Below, in pieces: positions 39,230 to 48,593 of a DNA stretch of 64,000 nt. The notes beneath the pieces were generated by a model. That model saw only the letters and a program-made list of their open reading frames with translations, was not told the origin of the DNA and ran no database searches. Position 1 is the first letter of the stretch, and the number at the start of each line of letters is the position of its first letter. A program made the translations under genes and the position numbers. Origin of the DNA: an uncultured delta proteobacterium (GTDB lineage: Bacteria; Desulfobacterota; Binatia; Bin18); assembly GCA_963733195.1 (NCBI GenBank), contig CAVTCR010000006.1, positions 1 to 64,000 of the forward strand. Reading direction: 5' to 3'.

Positions 39230-42200
39230 ATGACCTTTGATGAAGTGCTCGCTCAGGTCCAAGAACTACTACAGCGAGAGAAGCGGGTCTCCTACCGGGG
39301 CTTAAAGCGGCGGTTTGCCCTGGATGACGAGTATCTCGAAGACCTCAAGGAAGAACTCGTCGGGGCCAAGCGGCTCGCAGCCGATGAAGAGGGACGCTTT
39401 TTGGTCTGGCGTAGGCAAAGGTATAAATGGCGAAGACAGTCCAGAGTCCACGGTCCAGAGTCCAGAGTCAGAGGAGCAAGGGCAAGCTTCCTACCGTTCA
39501 GGCGCTAGACTCTAGACGCCAGACCTCGACCTGCCGCCGAACGGCGCCAACTGACAGTGATGTTTTGTGACCTGGTGGGCTCGACCGCGCTCTCCGAGCA
39601 ACTCGACCCTGAAGAGCTACGCGAGGTAGTCCGCCTCTATCAAGAGACCTGCACCGCAGTGATCCAGCGCTATGCTGGGCATATCGCCCAGCACCTGGGG
39701 GATGGCTTGCTGGTGTACTTTGGCTATCCCGTGGCCCACGAGGACGATGCCCAGCGAGCCGTGCGGACAGGGTTGGAAATTATCGCATCCCTACAACAGC
39801 GTTCCCTCTCGGTATCAGGATCCCCTGTCCCCCCTTGCTAGGGGAGAGAGCCAGGGAGACGCTTGGCAAAGCCATGTCATACAGACCCCTCGAGCCTGGA
39901 CCTCGCCACGCAGGGGAGCAGGAAGTTGAGGAAATTACAAGTCCGTATCGGCATTCACACTGGCTTAGTCGTCATCGGCGAAATTGGCAGCAGCGAGAAG
40001 CGCGAGATGCTGGCGCTGGGCGAGACGCCCAACATTGCCGCCCGCGTGCAGGGAGTGGCCGAGCCCGACACGGTGGTCATGAGTGCGGTGACGCAGCGGC
40101 TAGTGCACGGCTTATTCGAGTGTCAGGACCTGGGACCCCAAACACTCAAAGGCATTTCCACTCCTCTGTCGCTGTATCGAGTCATCGGAGAGAGTGCGGC
40201 GCAGAGCCGCTTTGAGGTGGCTGTCGGTGCTGGCTTAACCCCGCTGGTCGGGCGCGAGGAAGAACTGGGATTATTGCAGCGACGCTGGACGCAGGCCAAA
40301 GAAGGTGCTGGTCAGGTGGTGCTGCTCAGCGGTGAGGCCGGGATTGGCAAATCCCGCCTGGTGCAAGCGCTCAAAGAGCAGGTCCTGGCTGAGGGAGCTA
40401 CTCGCATCGAGTTTCGCTGCTCGCCTTATCACCAAAACAGCGCCTTCTATCCCATCATTGACCACCTGCAGCGGCTCTTGCAGTTTGCTCACAATGAGAC
40501 GCCGCAAGCCAAACTCGCCAAACTCCAACAGGCGCTCACGGCCTATCGCTTCCCGCAAGCCGATACCTTGCCGCTATTAGCGACCTTGCTCTCGTTGCCC
40601 CAGCCTGAAGGTATGCCACCGCTGACGCTGAGTCCGCAGAAGCAGAAGCAGAAGACCCAAGAAGCGTTGGTGGCGTGGATCATCGAGGAGGCCGAGAAAG
40701 CTGCCGTGTACTGTGCCTGGGAAGATCTGCATTGGGCTGATCCTTCCACACTAGAGGTGCTCACTCTCTTCCTGGAGCAAATTCCGACCACACGAGTGTT
40801 CTCCGTGCTGACCTTTCGGCCTGATTTCACGCCGCCGTGGAGTCCGCGCTCCTACCTCACCCAGCTCACACTCAGTCGCTTAGGACGACCGCATGTCGAG
40901 TCGATGGTAGAGAAAGTCACAGGCGGTAAAGCTCTGCCGTTGGAAGTGTTGCAACAGATTGTCAGTAAGACTGACGGTGTGCCGCTGTTTGTCGAAGAGC
41001 TGACCAAGATGGTGCTGGAGTCGGGGCTACTCATAGAAGCAGATGGTCACTATGAGTTACGGTGGCCCACTCCCTCCCCTGGCGATTCCCAGCACTCTTA
41101 CAGGACTCTTTGATGGCGCGGCTCGATCGGCTTGGCGCCGGTTCAGAGAGATTGCCCAGTTGGGGGCTACGCTGGGCCGAGAGTTTAGCTACGAACTGAT
41201 CCACGCCGTCTCCCCGTTAGACGAGGCACACTTCAGCAGGGGCTGCACCAGTTAGTCGAGGCCGAGCTGATCTACCAGCGCGGGCTGCCGCCACAGGCCA
41301 CCTATCTCTTCAAGCATGCCCTGATTCAGGACACGGCCTATCAGTCGTTACTGAAGAGCAAACGTCAGCAGCTGCATCAGCAGATTGCCCAGGTGTTGGC
41401 GGAGCGATTTCCTGAGACGGTCGAGACCCAGCCTGAACTGCTGGCCCATCACTACACCGAGGCGGGTCTCATAGAGCAGGCTATTCCCTACTGGCAGCAG
41501 GCAGGACAGCGAGCCAGTCAGCGCTCGGCCCATGTGGAAGCGGTCAGCTCACCTCACCAAAGGGTTGGAGTTGCTCAAGACCCTGCCGGACACTCCCGAG
41601 CGCACCCAGCAAGAACTCACCTTGCAGCTCGCCCTGGGTGCTGCCCTGATCGCTGTCAAGGGCTATGCGGCCCCGGAAGTGGAAAAAACGCTACACTCGG
41701 GCCCGGGAACTGTGCCAGCAGTTGGGGGAGACTCCCCAGCTCTTCCCGGTGCTGTGTGGACTGGTGTTGATTTTATTTAATCCGGGCGGAGTTACAGACG
41801 GCCCGTGAGCTGGCGGAGCAGATGCTGCATCTGGCCCAGAGCGTCCAAGACCCGCTATCTCCTCTCGGTAGCTCAGCGAGACTCGGGTTCACATTGTACT
41901 TGCTTGGGCGAGTTTACCTCGGCCCGGACACACTTGGAGCAGGGGATTGCCCTGTATGACCCTCAGAAGCACCGCTCCCATCACCGTCGGTACGGACTGA
42001 CCCGAGGCTGGATTGCCTTTCCTATGCAGCCTGGACTCTGTGGTATCTTGGCTATCCGGACCAAGCCCTGACAGAGGAGCCAGGAGGCAGTGGCCTTGGC
42101 TGAAGGGTTATCTCACCCCTTTAGTCTGGCCTATGCCTTGAGCGTGGGCTGCCATGCTCCATCATTCCGCCGGGAGAGGCAGGTAGCCCAAGAGCGGGCA

Positions 42201-42812
42201 GAGGCGGTGATTACCCTGTCAACCGAGCAGGGGTTTCCGTACTGGTTGGCGTTGGGAACGATGAGTGCGGGGCTGGGCGCTAGCCGAGAGGACAGAGGAG
42301 AAGGGATTGCGCAGATGCGCAGGGCATGGCCCATGCGGGCGTCAAGGGCACAGGTGTCGCTGCATTCTTCTTCATCCGTGCTGGCCGAGGCGTATGGGAA
42401 AGCGGGACAGGTTGAAGAAGGGCTGAGCGTGCTGGCCGAGGCGCTCGCTTTCGTGGACAAAACTGGGGAGCGTTACTACGAGGCGGAGCTGTATCGGTTA
42501 AAAGGGGAACTTACGCTAGCAAAAGTTGTCAAGGTTCAAGTCCAGTTGTCAGTTACACCCCCGAGTCCGATCCAGAGCCCAGAGCAGAAGCGGAAGAATG
42601 TTTTCTCAAAGCCATCGAAATCTGCTCGCGCCAGCAGGCGAAGTCACTGGAACTTCGAGCAATGATGAGTTTGGCGCGCCTGTGGCAACAACAGGGCAAG
42701 CATGATAGAAGCGCACCAGATGTTATCTGAGATCTACAACTGGTTTACGGAAGGGTTTGACACGAAAGATTTGCAAGAGGCCAAGGCATTGTTGCAAGAG
42801 TTGAGTCATTAG
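39230..42812 (+). CDS. Class III nucleotide cyclase + AAA/STAND ATPase + TPR protein, copy 3 (multiple frameshifts as assembled)
   Basis: [40 protein letters not shown]; ends [23 protein letters not shown]. Confidence 0.85.
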
Positions 42813-42828
42813 AAAAAAGGCAAATGTT

Positions 42829-43401
42829 GTGAACGGGCCGCCAACATTTCACTGGGCGATTGAAGATGTTATGGCCGCGCATCCCAATCTGTATTTGGAA
42901 CACTGTGTCGTCATGGCTGTGGCGCTGATGAGTCGGCGGATAGTTTCGCCGTGTGAGTTCGCTGTCGAATGCGAAGGATTTCTCCCCGCTGCTTTAGGTT
43001 TCGCAAACAGGTTTCTTTTGCATGTATCATGGACCGAGCAGACAGCGCTTAAAGCCCAACGGGTATGGCAAACCGAGCAGCCCAAGTCCATTATCGAGCG
43101 AGCTGCTGTGGCGCTGGCTGCTCTGTTGTTTGCTAAGCTCATTCCGCATGGTCAGATGCGCGTGACCCGCGCAGGTGAGCGCGCTGACTATTGGCTGCCA
43201 CACTTGCAGTGTGCCTTGGAGGTGAGCGGAACGGAACGTTTCCGTGAGCTACCGCGTCGTCAGCGAGAGAAAGCCTTGCAAGTATTGAGCAACCCTCTGC
43301 GCTGGCATGGATATGTCGTTGTGTGTTGTTTTGCTGTGTCGAAGAAATTGATTCGGTGGTCGTATCATCCCCAGGAGGAACAAAAATATGGGTCGTCCTA
43401 A
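42829..43401 (+). CDS. Hypothetical protein, possible PD-(D/E)XK nuclease fold
   Basis: 190-aa ORF; ERAAVA...GERADYWL...ALEVSGT...GYVVVCCF resembles a restriction-endonuclease-like core (by eye). Confidence 0.65.
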   Translation: MNGPPTFHWAIEDVMAAHPNLYLEHCVVMAVALMSRRIVSPCEFAVECEGFLPAALGFANRFLLHVSWTEQTALKAQRVWQTEQPKSIIERAAVALAALLFAKLIPHGQMRVTRAGERADYWLPHLQCALEVSGTERFRELPRRQREKALQVLSNPLRWHGYVVVCCFAVSKKLIRWSYHPQEEQKYGSS

Positions 43402-43783
43402 AGAGAAGCCGTCTACGGCTCTTGTGGAGAAACTCTTGGGAGAGGCCTCGTGGCTCCTGTCCCACGCGGAAGCCCTGACCGATTACGGGCGCACGCAAGA
43501 AGCCGCCGCTGAACTGGCGCGAGCTGCCAGTTGTGAGGAACAAGTGGCGTGCTTACTCGATGCTGTTGGTCGCGAGCAAGAGGCCGTCGTGCACCGTGTG
43601 AGCGCGGCTTCTTGTCACGAACATCTCGGACAGTACGCGCGGGCGGTCACCCTGCTCCGCGCGGCATTATCCGAATCGCTTTCAGACGATTATCGGCGGC
43701 AGATCGAACAGCAACTTGTTCGTTGCCTCACCCAAGTACCTAAGGAAACGCGTCAATTGTCACCTGTAAGGCTGGTTCCCTGA
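43388..43783 (+). CDS. Small all-helical (TPR-like) hypothetical protein
   Basis: RBS GGAGG, overlaps the upstream gene; Ala/Leu-rich helical pattern SAASCHEHLGQYARAVTLL. Confidence 0.7.
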   Translation: MGRPKEKPSTALVEKLLGEASWLLSHAEALTDYGRTQEAAAELARAASCEEQVACLLDAVGREQEAVVHRVSAASCHEHLGQYARAVTLLRAALSESLSDDYRRQIEQQLVRCLTQVPKETRQLSPVRLVP

Positions 43784-43841
43784 AAGTTTCGACATAAAGG
43801 ATTTGCAAGAGGCCAGGGCATTGTTGCAAGAATTGGCCTAG
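43772..43841 (+). repeat. Direct-repeat copy of the cyclase-STAND gene 3' end
   Basis: Translates WFPESFDIKDLQEARALLQELA* versus [23 protein letters not shown] at 42741-42812. Confidence 0.85.
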
Positions 43842-43872
43842 AACAGGAAGTGACGGCTACGACTGCTATAAG

Positions 43873-44075
43873 GAACCTAAATGAGATGTGTCAGAAAGAC
43901 ACCATGTTCGCCCTTCGACTTCCCCTTCGATCCTTCGACAAGCTCAGGACTCAGGGTACGCTCAGGACGAGCGGTTTTGAGGATCCATTTGTACTGAGCC
44001 CTTCGACGAGCTCACGGCGAAAGGGCATAGCCATAGCAAGACGAAGCATACAATCCCGCAGTCGTGAAGTCGAGG
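43873..44075. repeat. Nested CCTTCGACAAGCTCAGG-family palindromic repeat
   Basis: Several CCTTCGA and GCTCAGGAC units; same 17-bp start as 15922. Confidence 0.6.
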
Positions 44076-44153
44076 CTAATACGTCCGGTTGTCAATTACT
44101 CGAATTCGGGATATTCTTTTCATGATGCCTAATGCTGACTACTGGCTACTATT

Positions 44154-45179
44154 ATGGACTTTCGCGCTATCACCCTACAGCTTGATGACATCAACGAAGT
44201 CGCGCGTCTCGCCAAGATGGCAGAAGATGCGAACTTCGGCTTGGCGTGGGGCATCGATACCCCACGCTCAAATGCGTTTATTCACATGGCGGCGATGGCT
44301 GCGAACACCAAGAAGATACAGATTGGCTCTGGGATTGCTCGCGCTTTCGTGCGCGGACCGCTGCAAACAGCGGCCTCTGCTGTTGATCTTGATCGATTGT
44401 CGAATGGACGCATGTTACTGGGGTTAGGGAGCGGCACGCGCAAGCAGAATCTGTATGAACTCGGAGTTCCATTTGATCATCCGGCATCGCAGATCAAAGA
44501 ACTGATCCAGATTATCCGCCAAGTGTGGGCACTCAACGGGGAAGGGGATCTCAACTTCCAAGGGAAATTCTACCGCCTCACTGCGCGTGGATTTACCTTG
44601 ACTAAACCTCTGCGTCAGGGTCTGCCGATTTATATGGCAGCGGTGAATCCGATCATGTTGCGGGTGGCTGGAGAAGTTGCCGATGGACTGGCCGGACATC
44701 CATGCTACTCCGCGCGCTATATGAAAGAAGTTGGCATTCCGCAGCTAGCGATTGGCTGGCAACGAGCAGGGAAGAACCGCAAAGATTTCAAGATCACTAG
44801 TTGGTTGATTACCAACATTGCTAAAGACCGTAAGCAAGCACGACGTGAGGCAGCGTATCAGATCGGCTTTTATCTCTCGACACGTTCATATGGTGGTATC
44901 CTCGATTATCATGGCTGGCAAAAGGAGAAAGACGCCATTCGTATCGCCTTCTTTGAAAAGCGGGACATGGAGGCGGTAGCTGACGCCGTGTCGGATGATA
45001 TGGTCGATCATCTTGCGATCGCTGGCACTCCAGATGATTGCCGGAAACAGCTAGAACGCTACCGTGACGTGCTGGATTTCCCAACGCTCTATACTGCAGG
45101 TGTCGGTCCAGCGCGTACAGTACCGCAAGAGCGGGTGCGCGAGAATTTGGCAACGATCATTGATACATTTGCGCAGTAG
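44154..45179 (+). CDS. LLM class flavin/F420-dependent oxidoreductase
   Basis: IQIGSGIA, LDRLSNGRMLLGLGSG, PIYMAAVNPIMLRVAGEVADG. Confidence 0.9.
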   Translation: MDFRAITLQLDDINEVARLAKMAEDANFGLAWGIDTPRSNAFIHMAAMAANTKKIQIGSGIARAFVRGPLQTAASAVDLDRLSNGRMLLGLGSGTRKQNLYELGVPFDHPASQIKELIQIIRQVWALNGEGDLNFQGKFYRLTARGFTLTKPLRQGLPIYMAAVNPIMLRVAGEVADGLAGHPCYSARYMKEVGIPQLAIGWQRAGKNRKDFKITSWLITNIAKDRKQARREAAYQIGFYLSTRSYGGILDYHGWQKEKDAIRIAFFEKRDMEAVADAVSDDMVDHLAIAGTPDDCRKQLERYRDVLDFPTLYTAGVGPARTVPQERVRENLATIIDTFAQ

Positions 45180-45187
45180 GAGGGACC

Positions 45188-46744
45188 GTGCCTTTTCTTG
45201 ATGGACCGATTCCCGAACAACTGAACATCACTGCCTATCTTGTCGACCGCCAAGTTGAGTTAGGGCGTGGCGAGCAGGTGGCGTATCTCACTGACGATGG
45301 GCCGCTAACGTATGCGGATCTCGCAGTCTTACAGAATCGCTACGGAAACCTACTGGCGGCGGGTGGTGTGGAAATCGAGAATCGCGTGGCAATGATCCTG
45401 TATGATTCGCCAGATCTTATTGCTGGGTTTCTCGGTGCGGTAAAAATTGGGGCGGTGCCGGTTGTTCTCAATCCGTATGCACCTCTCGATCTCTATGTGT
45501 ATTTTCTCAATGATAGCCGGGCAAAAACACTGATCGTCGAAGATGCAGTTTGGCAGCACTTAGCAGCGAGACGTGAAGAGTGTCCGGCGCTGAAGAATGT
45601 GCTTGTTCGTGGTGAGAAGAAAAATCGGGCCACTGGGCTTGTGTCTCGCCTCAAAAAAGTATCACCAGAGTTGGCGGCTGCCCCAACTCACAAAGACGAT
45701 ATGTGTTACTGGTTGTACACCTCGGGCAGTACAGGCTTGCCGAAGGCCGTGGTGCACCTTCATCATGGTCCATATTCATGTCTTCAGTTTGCTATCGACT
45801 TGTGTCAAATGGATGAACGTTCTGTCTCGTTTTGTTTTAGCAAGGTCTTCTTTGCTCTCGGATTATTTGTGACGGTTTTCCAGCCATTAGCAGCTGGAGC
45901 CACAGCCGTCATTACCCACAAGCGCCTTACGCCAGTCGAAACCTTTGCTGCCTTGCATGAGCATCGCCCGTCGCATTTTTACTGTGTGCCAACGTTCCTC
46001 AACGCCATGCTGCAAGTGCCAGAAGAGGAAAGTGGCAAGGACTTAAGCTTCCTCCGCTACTGTGCGTGTGGTGGTGAAGTGTTGCCACCACGTGTTCATC
46101 AGGAGTGGCGTGAACGCTTTGGGATTGAGTGGCTCGATGTTATGGGACTGACCGAGACGATGTTTATCGTCTTTGCCAATCGCTCTGGTCATTCTCGGCC
46201 AGGAAGCTCTGGTCAACTTCGAAATGGAGCAGAAGCACGGATCATTGATGATAATGGGCAGAATGTTCCGGTTGGCCAAGAAGGCCACTTACTCATCAAA
46301 GTCGACAGTATCATGCAAGGATATTGGCATAAGCAAGAGAAGACCCGCGCGGTGCTTGAAGGTGAGTGGTTCCGCACAGGAGATCTCTATCGTTGCGATG
46401 AAGACGGATATTTCTGGTTTTGTGGACGCGCTGATGACATGCTGAAAGTATCGGGCATGTGGGTCTCGCCGCTAGAAATCGAAACTGTTTTGATGGAACA
46501 TGCTGCTGTGTATGAATGTGCAGTTGTAGCGCGGCGCGACAACGATGGACTCGACAAAGCTCGAGCGGTGGTGGTGTTGAAGCCCGGACATGATGAGAGA
46601 ACCCTGCCTGAGATCGAAGACCTTATACGCGGAAAGCTGCCACGCTACAAAGTCCCGCAGTGGATCGAACTGGCTGATGCGTTGCCTAAAACCGCGACTG
46701 GAAAGATTCAACGCTTTGCCTTACGGCAAGCGGACAAAGGGTGA
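45188..46744 (+). CDS. Benzoate-CoA ligase family (ANL adenylate-forming) enzyme
   Basis: WLYTSGSTGLPKAVVH, WFRTGD, GRADDMLKVSGMWVSP, LPKTATGKIQRF. Confidence 0.9.
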   Translation: MPFLDGPIPEQLNITAYLVDRQVELGRGEQVAYLTDDGPLTYADLAVLQNRYGNLLAAGGVEIENRVAMILYDSPDLIAGFLGAVKIGAVPVVLNPYAPLDLYVYFLNDSRAKTLIVEDAVWQHLAARREECPALKNVLVRGEKKNRATGLVSRLKKVSPELAAAPTHKDDMCYWLYTSGSTGLPKAVVHLHHGPYSCLQFAIDLCQMDERSVSFCFSKVFFALGLFVTVFQPLAAGATAVITHKRLTPVETFAALHEHRPSHFYCVPTFLNAMLQVPEEESGKDLSFLRYCACGGEVLPPRVHQEWRERFGIEWLDVMGLTETMFIVFANRSGHSRPGSSGQLRNGAEARIIDDNGQNVPVGQEGHLLIKVDSIMQGYWHKQEKTRAVLEGEWFRTGDLYRCDEDGYFWFCGRADDMLKVSGMWVSPLEIETVLMEHAAVYECAVVARRDNDGLDKARAVVVLKPGHDERTLPEIEDLIRGKLPRYKVPQWIELADALPKTATGKIQRFALRQADKG

Positions 46745-46917
46745 AACGGGGAAGGGTAAAAGGGGAAATGGGAAGAATAAAGAACGGATAAATGAATAAA
46801 AGGGGAAACGGATAAGGGAGAAGCAAGACGCGGAATACGTACCACGCAACACGTATCACGGAATATGCATCTTCCTCCTCTCCGTACGTTTTACGCACTT
46901 TGTTATAGGAGGAACAC

Positions 46918-47376
46918 ATGGCAACACGCATCGTTGAGTTCAAAGATGTGAAGTCATTAGTTGGCAAAGAGCTGGGAGTGTCTGAGTGGCATCTCGTGAC
47001 CCAAGATGAGATCAATAAATTTGCTGATGCTACCCATGATCATCAGTGGATTCACATCGACGTTGAGCGGGCGAAGAAAGAATCGCCGTTTGGCGGACCG
47101 GTTGCGCACGGTTATTACACGTTGTCTCTCGCGCCGCATTTGATGAGCCAGATCTGGGCTGTAAACGGTATCAAGATGGGCGTGAATTACGGGCTGAATA
47201 AGTTACGGTTTCCCTCGCCGGTGATGATTGGCAAACGTGTACGTGCGCGGGCGACGCTCAATAATGTGGAAGACGTGCAGGGTGGTATCCAGGTGACTGT
47301 TGGTATTGCTTTTGAAGTAGAAGGAAGTGACAAACCGGTCTGTGTCGCAGAAGGGCTTTATCGTTATTATAACTAA
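46918..47376 (+). CDS. MaoC family dehydratase
   Basis: FADATHDHQWIHID, AHGYYTLSL, NYGLNKLRFPSPV. Confidence 0.93.
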   Translation: MATRIVEFKDVKSLVGKELGVSEWHLVTQDEINKFADATHDHQWIHIDVERAKKESPFGGPVAHGYYTLSLAPHLMSQIWAVNGIKMGVNYGLNKLRFPSPVMIGKRVRARATLNNVEDVQGGIQVTVGIAFEVEGSDKPVCVAEGLYRYYN

Positions 47377-48553
47377 GCGACTGCGCCAACTCTTTGCTCC
47401 TCGTCTGAGCGAGGAGGAATTCCAGGCTGCACTTGTACGTCTCCGCCAGGGGTCGCCGCCGCCAGTGATCTGGCTGTTTGGTAAAGTGCAGTCTGGTAAG
47501 ACCTCGATCATCCATGCGTTGACCGGCGCCGAACGTGCGCAAATCGGTTCCGGATTTGCTCCGTGTACTCGTTGGGCGTCTCGCTACGAGTTCCCCAATA
47601 GCGAGCTTCCTCTGGCCGTCTTCCTTGATACCCGCGGCATTGGAGAAGCAGGTTACAATCCACAAGAAGACTTTGCGGCATTTCGTGACCAAGCGCACAT
47701 GGTGTTAGTTGTAGTCAAAGCGATGGACATGGCGCTGGAGCAGGTGGTCTCAGCACTCGAAACCATCGTCCGGGGCAAGTCAACCTGGCCCGTCGTCGTT
47801 GCGCAGACGACGTTGCACCAAGGCTATCCACCAGAGATGCACGATCACCCGACGCCCTATCCATTCACGGAGCAATCAATCCCGCCTCGGGTACCGAATG
47901 ACCTTGCCCGCGCGTTGACGTTTCAGCGGTCATTGTTCGACCGTATTCCGGTCAAACAGTTTGTCCCGATTGATTTTACGCTTCCTGAAGACGGCTTCAC
48001 GGACCAGTTCTATGGCCGCGACGTATTACTGTCGGCGTTAGCAGAGGCACATCCGCATGCAGTGTACCAGACGCTACAACAACTGCCACACCTGACCAGA
48101 GAGCTTAAAAGTTTGCATTTCCGCCAAGCCCAACCTCACATTCTTTCTTATGCGGTGTTGGCTGGAGCAGCGGGAGCGACGCCGCTTCCTATTGCCGACC
48201 TTCCTGTCATTAGTGCTCTCCAACTTAAGATGTTACATGCAGTGGCGTCCATCTATCGCCAGCCGATGAAAGTGAAAACGTTTCTTGAGCTTGCAGGCGC
48301 GGTAGGGTTAGGGCTGATTTTTCGCCAGGGGATGCGCAGCTTACTCAAAATCATTCCCGGTTTCGGGAATGCAATCTCTGGCCTATATGCAGGAGCAACA
48401 ACGTATGCGCTCGGCTGCGCACTCTGCTTCTATTACCAAGAAGTATTCGATGGTCATTTGCCACGCGCTGAGCAAATCAAAACGTTCTATGAAGAAAAGT
48501 TTGCCGAAGGGATGAAGTTGCTGCGCAAGAAAGGTCCGAGTAACGAGGACTGA
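47327..48553 (+). CDS. P-loop GTPase with C-terminal YcjF/DUF697-like hydrophobic domain (start uncertain)
   Basis: G1 GKVQSGKTS, G2 T, G3 DTRG; C-terminal TPLPIAD...LQLKML...IASIY...TYALG. Confidence 0.8.
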   Translation: MTNRSVSQKGFIVIITKRLRQLFAPRLSEEEFQAALVRLRQGSPPPVIWLFGKVQSGKTSIIHALTGAERAQIGSGFAPCTRWASRYEFPNSELPLAVFLDTRGIGEAGYNPQEDFAAFRDQAHMVLVVVKAMDMALEQVVSALETIVRGKSTWPVVVAQTTLHQGYPPEMHDHPTPYPFTEQSIPPRVPNDLARALTFQRSLFDRIPVKQFVPIDFTLPEDGFTDQFYGRDVLLSALAEAHPHAVYQTLQQLPHLTRELKSLHFRQAQPHILSYAVLAGAAGATPLPIADLPVISALQLKMLHAVASIYRQPMKVKTFLELAGAVGLGLIFRQGMRSLLKIIPGFGNAISGLYAGATTYALGCALCFYYQEVFDGHLPRAEQIKTFYEEKFAEGMKLLRKKGPSNED

Positions 48554-48593
48554 GGACTGAATAAGAAGAGAAGTATGGGACGAGGCAGCAAGA

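Noticed and set aside
12453-43841. Diversity-generating retroelement acting on cyclase 3' ends
   Set aside because: No reverse transcriptase is present, and the differences between the repeat copies are not adenine-specific.
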